NCBI GenBank assembly: GCA_977020255.1 | Contig: CDROCS010000666.1 | Span: 124,001-188,000 of the forward strand | Direction: 5' to 3' | From: Obrimoposthia wandeli | Taxonomy: Eukaryota | DNA: 64,000 nucleotides | Shown: one piece after another, positions 1 to 8,280 of the stretch | Numbering within the stretch: the stretch's first letter is position 1 | Layout: every line of letters begins with the position of its first letter | Notes under the pieces: model-generated | The model's input: the letters and a program-made list of their open reading frames with translations, nothing else | Database searches by the model: none | What the model was told of the DNA's origin: nothing | Program-made: the position numbers and the translations under genes

Positions 1-348
1 GCGATAACGTTTATGACTCGTTTTTTAGGTTCAGCATTAATTTTAATTGTAGCGGCTTTTGGTGTAGTCGCGTGTCGCCTATCTCTTGTGTTTCCAGCAA
101 TTGCTATAGGTAAAGGTGTTTCCTTTCCGTATGCATGGCACCTAAGTTCAGGGAAAACACTATATATGTTTAGTGTGGTTGCAATATTTCCTATTAGTTT
201 GAGTTTAGTCCTAATGCCATTACAAACATTTGGAATACCACAAGTGGTGACTAGTATCCTGAGCTATTTGGTTACTATTATCACAGTAACGTCACTTTCG
301 TTAGCGTACAAGTTGCTAACTGAAGGTGAACTAAGCCAAGGAAACTAA
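1..348 (+). CDS. Membrane protein, 5'-truncated by window edge
   Basis: Frame is open from base 1 (GCG ATA ACG TTT ATG); three hydrophobic segments; TAA at 346-348. Confidence 0.65.
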   Translation, partial: AITFMTRFLGSALILIVAAFGVVACRLSLVFPAIAIGKGVSFPYAWHLSSGKTLYMFSVVAIFPISLSLVLMPLQTFGIPQVVTSILSYLVTIITVTSLSLAYKLLTEGELSQGN

Positions 349-390
349 CAGGGCGCTCAAAAAAACGCATTACATTCGGTGGTTTTGGTC
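343..390 (+). repeat. Eroded attC-like repeat, copy A
   Basis: AACTAACAGGGCGCTCAA...GCATTACATTCGGTGGTTTTGG overlapping the stop codon; shares core with copies at 6142, 12046, 12553, 14491. Confidence 0.55.
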
Positions 391-611
391 TAACTATCTC
401 GAGTTTAAAGGAAATCATAATAAACTGATATTAGCTATGAGATTTTAGGCGTGATTTGTATAACTTATCATACATAACGGGCTAGAATGGCTTTCAGTGA
501 ACGTTAAGCTGCTAAGTCGCAGTTTAAGATAATGAATGTTTTGTAAACCAACGTTGATGATCATGACTGCCTTTCGCTTTATTTATTGGGATTAAACGGA
601 ATTATATTGAT

Positions 612-1082
612 ATGAACGAACAAACAGAAAGCAAATTTGAATATGTCGGGTTTTGGGCTCGAGTCGGTGCAACACTAATAGATACCATTATTATACTTAT
701 GATAAGTGCCCCTCTTATGTACATGTTTTATGGTGATTTATATCTGTATTCAGATGATTTTGTACTAGGGTTCGCAGATGTAATCGTGAATTATATATTC
801 CCTTTAGTAGCCGTTCTTATTTTTTGGACTTATAAATCAGCAACGCCAGGGAAAATGGCCATTAAAGCAATTATTGTCGACGCAGATACTGGAAAACGAC
901 CAACAACGAAACAATATATTATTAGATATTTTGGATATTTTATTTCAATTCTTCCACTTTGCTTAGGGCTGATGTGGGTAGGTTGGGATAGTAAGAAACA
1001 AGGCTGGCACGACAAACTCGCAAAAACAGTCGTTATTCGTCCGCAAAATCGCGGGGTAGAAAGCGTTAAATTCAACGTATAG
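612..1082 (+). CDS. RDD family membrane protein
   Basis: YVGFWARVGATLID N-terminal motif, TPGK...IIVD, RY, HDKLAKTVV C-terminal motif. Confidence 0.9.
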   Translation: MNEQTESKFEYVGFWARVGATLIDTIIILMISAPLMYMFYGDLYLYSDDFVLGFADVIVNYIFPLVAVLIFWTYKSATPGKMAIKAIIVDADTGKRPTTKQYIIRYFGYFISILPLCLGLMWVGWDSKKQGWHDKLAKTVVIRPQNRGVESVKFNV

Positions 1083-1176
1083 GTATAACTTACTATCACC
1101 TTACCTATCAATGCTGCTCTTAGACAGTTCGCGTCAGTAAGCGAAAATCATTTTTAAGGTCATTTATTTTTTACTG

Positions 1177-1440
1177 ATGAGCATTAATTTCAACCATGAA
1201 AATATGAAAGAACTGCAATTTTTTACAAATGATAAAACGTTCACTTATATTGATGTAAGTTCACCAACATTTGAAGAAGAGAAAAGACAACTCTTAATGC
1301 AAGATTTCGTGGTGAGTGGTGACAGAATTAGAGCCGATACAGTTGATAGTGCGATTGATAAACATAAGAATAGTTCGGATGACCGAATGAAAGAGTATGC
1401 CGTTATAGGTTTAGTTGCAGGTTTTTTTGGCGGAATTTAG
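1177..1440 (+). CDS. Hypothetical protein
   Basis: 87-aa ORF co-oriented with neighbours; no recognisable motif. Confidence 0.4.
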   Translation: MSINFNHENMKELQFFTNDKTFTYIDVSSPTFEEEKRQLLMQDFVVSGDRIRADTVDSAIDKHKNSSDDRMKEYAVIGLVAGFFGGI

Positions 1441-2020
1441 TAACCATATTACAAGTAATCAGGACGATGAGTACACTCATCGATGCATACACCAACAACC
1501 AACACCTGCTTACTGTTAGAGTGAGAACTACTGATTAACTGCTCCCGCAATTCTTTGGTAGTTCCTTTTACTGTCTTTCTTTTCTGACTGTTTTAGACAT
1601 GTCTCGCCTATCCCTTCTTGCTCCAATTACAATCAATGCGTTTCCCGTAATTATTTTGCCGTATGACAGCCCCCTACCGCTAGCTGTTATCAACTGTTCT
1701 TTAGACGCCACATTAACTCTAAAGCTATGATTTTTATTGATTAATCTGCAAATTACACCCAATAGTAATCAATAACATGATCAATGTCATATGCATTGAT
1801 ATTAGTAGTGATTTTTCAGACACATTTTGTGTTATTTACCATATATAACAAGCTAAGATGGCAGTCAGTAAGCATTGAGGTCGGCTAAATATACGCAATT
1901 TATAAATTGTTGTTACGAGTTTTCAATTTTCAACAGCCTTTTAATAAATATACGAAGGTTACAGTCGACAATTTTTTCAATGATGGTTATGGTAGAAACA
2001 ATAAAAAGTTATGTTTTTAG

Positions 2021-2420
2021 CACTTTGAAATCATATTTACTAAAGCGCACGAATACGAGTTGCGTAATGCAGGAATCTGGAAGTCTAATTATAATCCATT
2101 TTAAGTCTTTGAATAAAAATAAATTTTAAAAGGAATTATTAATGATGTCGTTACATCGCATATTTAGGTGGTTAGGTGCAAATTCTCGTCCTCCTTTTTA
2201 TAGAAGATTTATTGTGAATTTTCTTACTTCATCTGCTTATTTTGGCACGACCTGGGGAGTGATCATGTGGTTTTCTGTATGGGAAACTGATGGTATGGAT
2301 CTATCTATAGCTGTAATAACGGCATTAGCTACTGGTGTTCTATTTGGATTAACGATGGCATTTTATTATGGGTTCACCTTCAGGAAGCATAATTTAACCA
2401 AATGGAATGATTTGTGTTGA
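2021..2420 (+). pseudogene. DUF6404-like small membrane protein, interrupted; the 3' part 2142-2420 is an intact ORF
   Basis: Fragment FEIIFTKAHEYELRNAGIWKSNYNP (2024-2098) lies in a different frame from SLHRIFRWLG..PPFY..WGVIMW..NLTKWNDL; deleting 2099-2147 restores one frame. Confidence 0.55.
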
Positions 2421-2464
2421 AAATCTAATAAAATATTAACTGGTCTCGAAAAAAGGAGTCATCA

Positions 2465-3262
2465 TTGCAAGAATTAATAGATCAATATACAGGTGTAGAC
2501 GAAGATGGGCGTCTTACTAGGCAGTTCATTACTCAGATGGAATTTGATACGACAATGCATGCATTGAAGGAGTATCTTACACCAGAAATAAAGGTAATAG
2601 AGCAAGGTGCTGCAACGGGACGGTACTCTCTCAATTTTGCAAAAATGGGTTGTGCTACAACTGCGATCGAGCTCGTACCTGATCAAGTTAATATCTTAAA
2701 ACGCAAAGCAATAGAACAAGGTTTAACACTTTCAATTTACGAAGGTAATGCTTGTTCAGTTCCGTTTGTTGAGAGCGATTCACATGACCTTTGCGTTATT
2801 CTTGGCCCATTGTACCACCTGCAAACACAAGAAGAGCGAGATCAAGCTATTTCAGAAGCCCATCGAATTCTAAAACCAGGTGGTGTTTTAGCTGTTGCCT
2901 ATATCTCGCGTTATTTTGTGGCAGGTATGTTTGCTCAGCAATTCCCGCAGCTTGTTACTCCTGAGGTTCTATCCACGATCTTTGAATCTGGTTTGGTTCC
3001 AAATAAGTTAGCCGATAGCTTTTTTAACGTGGGTTACTTTGCCACTCCATCTGAAATGGAACGTCTTGTAAGTGAACATGGTTTTACTAAATTGCGCCAT
3101 GTAGCCACTGACGGCTTTGGGCGTTATATCTCGTCAGGCGTAAATGAATTCACTCCAGAACAATATAAAACGTGGTTGAGCTACCATCTAAAAACGTGTG
3201 ATGAACCATCTCTTTTAGGTTCAAGTAATCATGGTTTGGTGATCGCTAGAAAAGCTATTTAA
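2465..3262 (+). CDS. Class I SAM-dependent methyltransferase
   Basis: EQGAATGRYS motif I, GPLYHL, LKPGG; SD AAGGAG before TTG start. Confidence 0.9.
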   Translation: MQELIDQYTGVDEDGRLTRQFITQMEFDTTMHALKEYLTPEIKVIEQGAATGRYSLNFAKMGCATTAIELVPDQVNILKRKAIEQGLTLSIYEGNACSVPFVESDSHDLCVILGPLYHLQTQEERDQAISEAHRILKPGGVLAVAYISRYFVAGMFAQQFPQLVTPEVLSTIFESGLVPNKLADSFFNVGYFATPSEMERLVSEHGFTKLRHVATDGFGRYISSGVNEFTPEQYKTWLSYHLKTCDEPSLLGSSNHGLVIARKAI

Positions 3263-3394
3263 AAACATTAAGTAACACGTTTTACTCCGCAGTTTTGGTA
3301 TGGTGTTTGCTTGGCCAGTGAAATTTTCAACATCAAGCAACTTGCTTTGGAATTATGGTATTTTGTGGTAACTCGTACGTTGCAGACGTTAACT
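3260..3394 (+). repeat. Eroded attC-like repeat, copy E (about full length)
   Basis: Starts at stop codon (TAAAAACATTAAG...CTCCGCAGTTTTGG) and ends in CGTTAAC just upstream of the next SD; ~134 bp. Confidence 0.4.
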
Positions 3395-3406
3395 GGCAGG
3401 GGAAAT

Positions 3407-3901
3407 ATGGACGTTTCATTGGTTACAATCGATAAAGATGATCGCAATGTATTAGAAAATTTATTTCATTATTATATTTATGAAATGTCAGATTTTTTAG
3501 CTTTATCACCCAATCAAGATGGTCACTTTGATTATAATAATTCGCAGTTCGATGTTTATTGGGAAAGTGAATGTCACCTCCCCTATTTTATTTATGTTGA
3601 TCAGGAATTAGCTGGTTTTGTCTTGATCCGAAAGTATCCTTCAGAGCCCTCTATTAATGATATCGAGCAATTTTTTGTGCTACGGAAATTCAATGGAAAA
3701 GGTGTTGGTAAAAAAGCATTTAAATTGGTAACACGATTAATAGCGGGTAACTGGCAAATTAGGGTGCTAATAGAAAATTCTCGCGCATTACATTTTTGGA
3801 AATCCTCAGTAGCGAATATAGTAGGACAAAATTACACACTGGCTAAAGGTATTGATGTTAATCTTTTAATGTTCTTCATACGATTTGAAGTAGCCAGTTA
3901 A
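3407..3901 (+). CDS. GNAT family acetyltransferase
   Basis: FFVLRKFNGKGVGKKA acetyl-CoA motif A, N..A..FW; start moved to ATG 3407 after GGGGAAA. Confidence 0.85.
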   Translation: MDVSLVTIDKDDRNVLENLFHYYIYEMSDFLALSPNQDGHFDYNNSQFDVYWESECHLPYFIYVDQELAGFVLIRKYPSEPSINDIEQFFVLRKFNGKGVGKKAFKLVTRLIAGNWQIRVLIENSRALHFWKSSVANIVGQNYTLAKGIDVNLLMFFIRFEVAS

Positions 3902-4164
3902 AGGTCATGCTGGCTTTAAATAATAAAATCGCTGAGTTTTTCATCAACCACTGGTATGACGCTACACATTGACAACATCGAGTATTTTATGGGGATTCAT
4001 AAGGATTACATGAATAGCTCAGAATTTAGTTAACTCATTGATATTTATCTTTATAGTTTATTTTTTGTACGAACAAAGTGTTCTGTATGCGATAAGTTGC
4101 TTTTATTAGACTTCTCTCATATTGATGATACAATTGGCCACTTGGTTTGCTATAAGTTTCTGTT

Positions 4165-4758
4165 ATGAAAGAATTAATTACTTTATCGTTTATACTTCTG
4201 TCTCTTACTGGTTGTGTTACGAAGAAAATCCCTGTTAATCCAGCTGCAAAAAACATATCTAAAATATCAGAGCATTCAGTTAATTTTCTTGGATGTGAAT
4301 TGCTGAAAACACATACAATACAAGGTGCGCATCCCAATAATATTGAACCTGAATTAAAAAATGTGACTTATAAAAGTGGCGGAAATCACTTTAGTATAAT
4401 TGAAGTTTTAGATACGAAGAAAAAACGCCCTTCAAGTGTTGTCGCTGCAATTTACCAATGTGGTAAGAGTTCAGACAAGGCTAAAATCTCATCGGAAATG
4501 ACGCAGCTTTTGCCGGGTGCTCATATGGTTAAGGCCATATCATTTGCAGAAATTGAAAATTCCACATGCAAACTTATTGGTTCACATTTTATTAAAGAAA
4601 CGTCTCCTGAAGCTGTTATGACTAACTTGGCAAACGAGACCTATATGATGTCAGGTAATCGTTATCAAATAACGAAGATAATATCGATACAAGATGGCGC
4701 TCCTACATCGGTATATGCTGATATTTACCGATGCAAACATAAAAGTGCACATTTCTGA
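4165..4758 (+). CDS. Hypothetical lipoprotein with two internally similar halves
   Basis: Signal peptide with lipobox LTGC; repeated C.L....I...P......L.NxTY..GN.....I....PSSV.A.IY.C pattern in both halves. Confidence 0.7.
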   Translation: MKELITLSFILLSLTGCVTKKIPVNPAAKNISKISEHSVNFLGCELLKTHTIQGAHPNNIEPELKNVTYKSGGNHFSIIEVLDTKKKRPSSVVAAIYQCGKSSDKAKISSEMTQLLPGAHMVKAISFAEIENSTCKLIGSHFIKETSPEAVMTNLANETYMMSGNRYQITKIISIQDGAPTSVYADIYRCKHKSAHF

Positions 4759-4782
4759 TTTTAATCTTTTTGAAAAAATATT

Positions 4783-4812
4783 AAACCAAGTATTCACGTG
4801 CTTGGTTTTTTT
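4783..4812 (+). terminator. Intrinsic terminator
   Basis: AAACCAAGTA-TTCACG-TGCTTGGTTT followed by T-run, 25 bp after stop. Confidence 0.7.
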
Positions 4813-5055
4813 GATCGGGCAGCCGAGGGTCTTTAACCTTTCCCCCTGCACCACCCATCATGCGAGCCTGTAATGGGTGGTCCAAATAGACCCTGATATT
4901 TCAGGTAAGCATTCAATAATGCTTACTGAATTCCAAGTGTTTTAACTACGTAGCTTTGTGTTTCGTTAACAGTTAATTTTAAGCGCAGGCGGATCCCCAC
5001 ATAATTTTACGCAGTTATGGGAGTTATCAGCTATGGCTCCTAAAACTTTAAGCCA

Positions 5056-5500
5056 ATGAAAAAATGAGATCATATTAAGGTATTATTGCCAAACACTGGT
5101 ATCTAAATGATGTGCAAGTGTACCAATGGCTGATTCATCGAAAGACGCTGAATTAAAAGGATTTGAGGCTCCATCGGATGTCGCAGGTGTTTACATTTAT
5201 CGAAATGAAACACTTGGTGCTGCTATTACAATGGATGTTGACGTTAACGATAAGCCATTAGGTAGCACCGCAGCGAATACATATCTTTATGCAGAATTAT
5301 CTGAAGGCAAGCATGTAATTAAATCAGAAGCAGAAAACACTTCGACACTAGAGGTTGAGGTTGCTAATGGTCGTATATATTACATATGGCAAGAAGTAAA
5401 AATGGGGATTATGTCAGCTCGCAGTAAATTACAACAAGTTGATGAAGTCACGGGAAAAAATGGCGTAAATGAATCAAAACTTGCAGTTTCAAATTATTGA
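5056..5500 (+). pseudogene. DUF2846-type lipoprotein with destroyed signal peptide
   Basis: ATG AAA AAA TGA at 5056; TGA TGT GCA AGT GTA CCA ATG (stop-CASVPM) at 5108; downstream body VYIYRNE...LSEGKH...YYIWQEVKMG typical of DUF2846. Confidence 0.65.
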
Positions 5501-5804
5501 CAGCCATTCAATAGCAAGTAGCGTGTTCAACTTGAACGCTACTTGCCATAATACGCCCCCTATTTTATGATTGTGTTGTTACTATTAAACACTTGATATA
5601 ATTACAAGATATACGATCTGAGATAGTTACATATATATGATAACAACGCATTTTTAATGGCTGATACTGGTCATTGAGCTGCTTTGGCATGCTGATTTTT
5701 TACTATTGGAATGATTAAGCTGTCAATGAGTATTGTTATTACACTTCATTGCAGGTGTTATATATAAACATAGTGTGTTATTTAGACAATTTAAGGGTGT
5801 TACC

Positions 5805-6137
5805 TTGCCAGAATTAAAAACAGTTGGGATTTTCTTTATTACTGCCATAGCAGAAATAATTGGGTGTTATTTGCCTTATTTATGGTTGCGTGAAGGTAAA
5901 ACAATATGGTTATTAGTACCTGCCGCCATTTCTTTGGCGCTTTTCGCATGGTTACTAACACTTCACCCTGCGGCAGCTGGTCGCGTGTATGCAGCCTATG
6001 GTGGCGTTTATATATTCGCTGCAATATTGTGGCTCTGGTTAGTAGATGGGATTCGTCCAACAGTTTGGGATTTTGTAGGCGTATTAGTTGCTTTACTTGG
6101 CATGGCAATAATCATGTTTTCACCACGGCCCGCATAA
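5805..6137 (+). CDS. ynfA: YnfA/UPF0060 family small membrane protein (SMR-like)
   Basis: [28 protein letters not shown] motifs; TTG start after AAGGGTG. Confidence 0.9.
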   Translation: MPELKTVGIFFITAIAEIIGCYLPYLWLREGKTIWLLVPAAISLALFAWLLTLHPAAAGRVYAAYGGVYIFAAILWLWLVDGIRPTVWDFVGVLVALLGMAIIMFSPRPA

Positions 6138-6165
6138 GGGCTTTAAGGTGATGCATTACACCGTT
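6135..6165 (+). repeat. Eroded attC-like repeat, copy B
   Basis: TTTAAGGTGATGCATTACAC directly after stop codon. Confidence 0.55.
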
Positions 6166-6308
6166 GTTTAAGGTTAACCCACAATAGATAACTAATCTGT
6201 ATTGATGCTGCGATCGACATCATACAGATTAATATCAGTTATGAGTTTTCAAACATAAAGCGCTAGGATAGCAGACAAACTAACGGCGAAACTGCAAAGG
6301 CAGCATTT

Positions 6309-6659
6309 ATGAAAAAACTCTTAAACGTGGTTTTAATTACTAATGTATTGGCAGCATTGGTTGTATTACTGCTCTCTAAATATATTGCGTTCTTTGCTTC
6401 AACAAGCCTGAGTGATTTCTTATTTTTTATTGTCATTGTTATTTGGGGTATTGCTGGTTTAACTTGGGAAGGCAGTAATGATAGTCGTAATTGGGAACTT
6501 GACCCCGCAGCGAAGAAAGCAAAGGAAATGGTAGCAGGTCATGACTTTGGAGCGGATTTTGACAATCAAAAAAGACAAAATTATCAATTTGGTTTGATTA
6601 TGTTCATCGCCGGTTTGCCTGCTCTTTTAGGCTGTATTTTACTGATCTTCATATTTTAA
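6309..6659 (+). CDS. Hypothetical membrane protein
   Basis: 116 aa, three hydrophobic segments. Confidence 0.7.
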   Translation: MKKLLNVVLITNVLAALVVLLLSKYIAFFASTSLSDFLFFIVIVIWGIAGLTWEGSNDSRNWELDPAAKKAKEMVAGHDFGADFDNQKRQNYQFGLIMFIAGLPALLGCILLIFIF

Positions 6660-6784
6660 TTTCGATGGTTTAAGTATACGTATCGCGGAGTTCTAGATTC
6701 TAGATAGTATTTCCGTAAGGAAAATAGATGGTGCAATATACTAATTTGCCTAATAAAACGCTAAACACATTTAAGGAAACTCCA

Positions 6785-7381
6785 GTGAAAAAGGTTATTC
6801 TCTTTCTATGTCAGGGTGTAGAAGAATACGAAGCAAGTGTATTTACTGACGCGCTTGGCTGGACGACAACATATGGTTTAGAACCCATTAAATTGGTGAC
6901 TGTTGGTTTACGTTCAAAAGTGAAATGCGCATGGAATTTTACGATTGAACCTGAATGCCAGTTAAGTGAAATAGACATCAATAATTTCGATGCTCTGGTA
7001 ATTCCTGGTGGCATGAGTCGTGCGGGATTTTATGAAGATGCATACGATGAAAGATTACTGTCGTTAATCCGTGATTTTGATTCGCAAGACAAGCTAATCG
7101 CGTCTGTCTGTGTTGGTGCATTACCCATTGCTAAAAGTGGTGTGCTTAATGGCCGTAACGGCACAACTTACCATTTAAGTGAAAAGCGTCAGGCTCAAAT
7201 GAAAGAGATGGGTGTAAATATCATCCAGCAGCCTGTGGTTATCGATAAAAACATAATCACCTCTAGAAGCCCTTCAACCGCAATGGATGTGGCTTTCACT
7301 GTTGTAGAAAAGCTCACATCAACGGCTAACTTAAATCGCATTAAAGAAGGCATGGGATTCATCGAAAAAACCTGTGTTTAA
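6785..7381 (+). CDS. DJ-1/PfpI (ThiJ) family protein
   Basis: GVEEYE, DALVIPGG, nucleophile elbow SVCVGA, ITSRSP; GTG start after AAGGAA. Confidence 0.9.
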   Translation: MKKVILFLCQGVEEYEASVFTDALGWTTTYGLEPIKLVTVGLRSKVKCAWNFTIEPECQLSEIDINNFDALVIPGGMSRAGFYEDAYDERLLSLIRDFDSQDKLIASVCVGALPIAKSGVLNGRNGTTYHLSEKRQAQMKEMGVNIIQQPVVIDKNIITSRSPSTAMDVAFTVVEKLTSTANLNRIKEGMGFIEKTCV

Positions 7382-7580
7382 TGCGCCACTAATTACACTA
7401 CCTTGCAAGTAATACAGAAGACATATTCGACATACATTAACAGCGAGCACCCTGTTTCACTGGCTATTTTCACTAACCAATTTAAGTCATTGTGGTGTTA
7501 CGACTAATGTTTGATACAATTGCGAGCTATACGATCTTAGATCGTTGATTATAACGTTAGCAATCTTGGAGTATTCATAA

Positions 7581-8030
7581 ATGAATAGCATTGATCTATT
7601 TGTAAAAAACTGGGGCAGTAAAAACGCCATGGTTCCAATAAATAATCATGATATTGCAGAGCTTGAATCAAAATTAAATGCTTTCTTACCTGACTCATAT
7701 AAATACTTAATATCTACATATGGCTTGGTTCACACTCCCAATGTGTTAACTAAAATTTGTGATTTAGGTGTCGATATTTCTGAAGTACAAGATTTTTTAA
7801 GCCTAGAAGATGTATTTTCACTGTCACAGCTATATGAGATGAGTGGAATGCCAAAGGGGCATATTTTGTTTGCATCTGATTGTAAGGGAAACATGTTTTG
7901 TTTCAAACTTACGGATTGTGCAAGTAAGCAATTAGATTCACCCGTATGGTTTTTTGACCATGGCCTTTGTACCGTTAAGAAAGTCTCTGATTCTTTCACC
8001 GATTGGCTAGATGAGTTCAATGAACTTTAA
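7581..8030 (+). CDS. SMI1/KNR4 family protein
   Basis: IAELESKLNAFLPDSYKYLISTYG, FASDCKGNMFCF, VWFFDH, SFTDWL; SD GGAG. Confidence 0.85.
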   Translation: MNSIDLFVKNWGSKNAMVPINNHDIAELESKLNAFLPDSYKYLISTYGLVHTPNVLTKICDLGVDISEVQDFLSLEDVFSLSQLYEMSGMPKGHILFASDCKGNMFCFKLTDCASKQLDSPVWFFDHGLCTVKKVSDSFTDWLDEFNEL

Positions 8031-8280
8031 GACGTAATGCGAACAAGGCTGGTGTTATAGAAATGTACCTGCTACCACAAATAAAATGGCATTTAACTGG
8101 GTTGCATCTATCAATTCAAACGTTAACTGGCAGCCTTTAGCAATATGGGCTCTAGCAAGGCACTTATTTATAAACCTAGTCGTTCTACGTTGAAAATAAG
8201 TAACACCGCATAGAGCCCAACAAAACTCGCCCTTCGGAGTGATTATTCAGAAGCGAATTGGAGAGCTGTACTTGGTCTCA

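Noticed and set aside
1568-1762. 64-aa - strand ORF with protein-like stretch
   Set aside because: No recognisable family or SD; cannot be distinguished from chance or an unidentifiable remnant
1875-2129. 84-aa + strand ORF
   Set aside because: No motif or SD; its 3' half overlaps, in another frame, the better-supported DUF6404-like fragment
3386-8133. Identical 14-mer ACGTTAACTGGCAG at 3386 and 8120
   Set aside because: Could be a duplicated cassette boundary, but flanks do not align and a single 14-mer match is weak evidence
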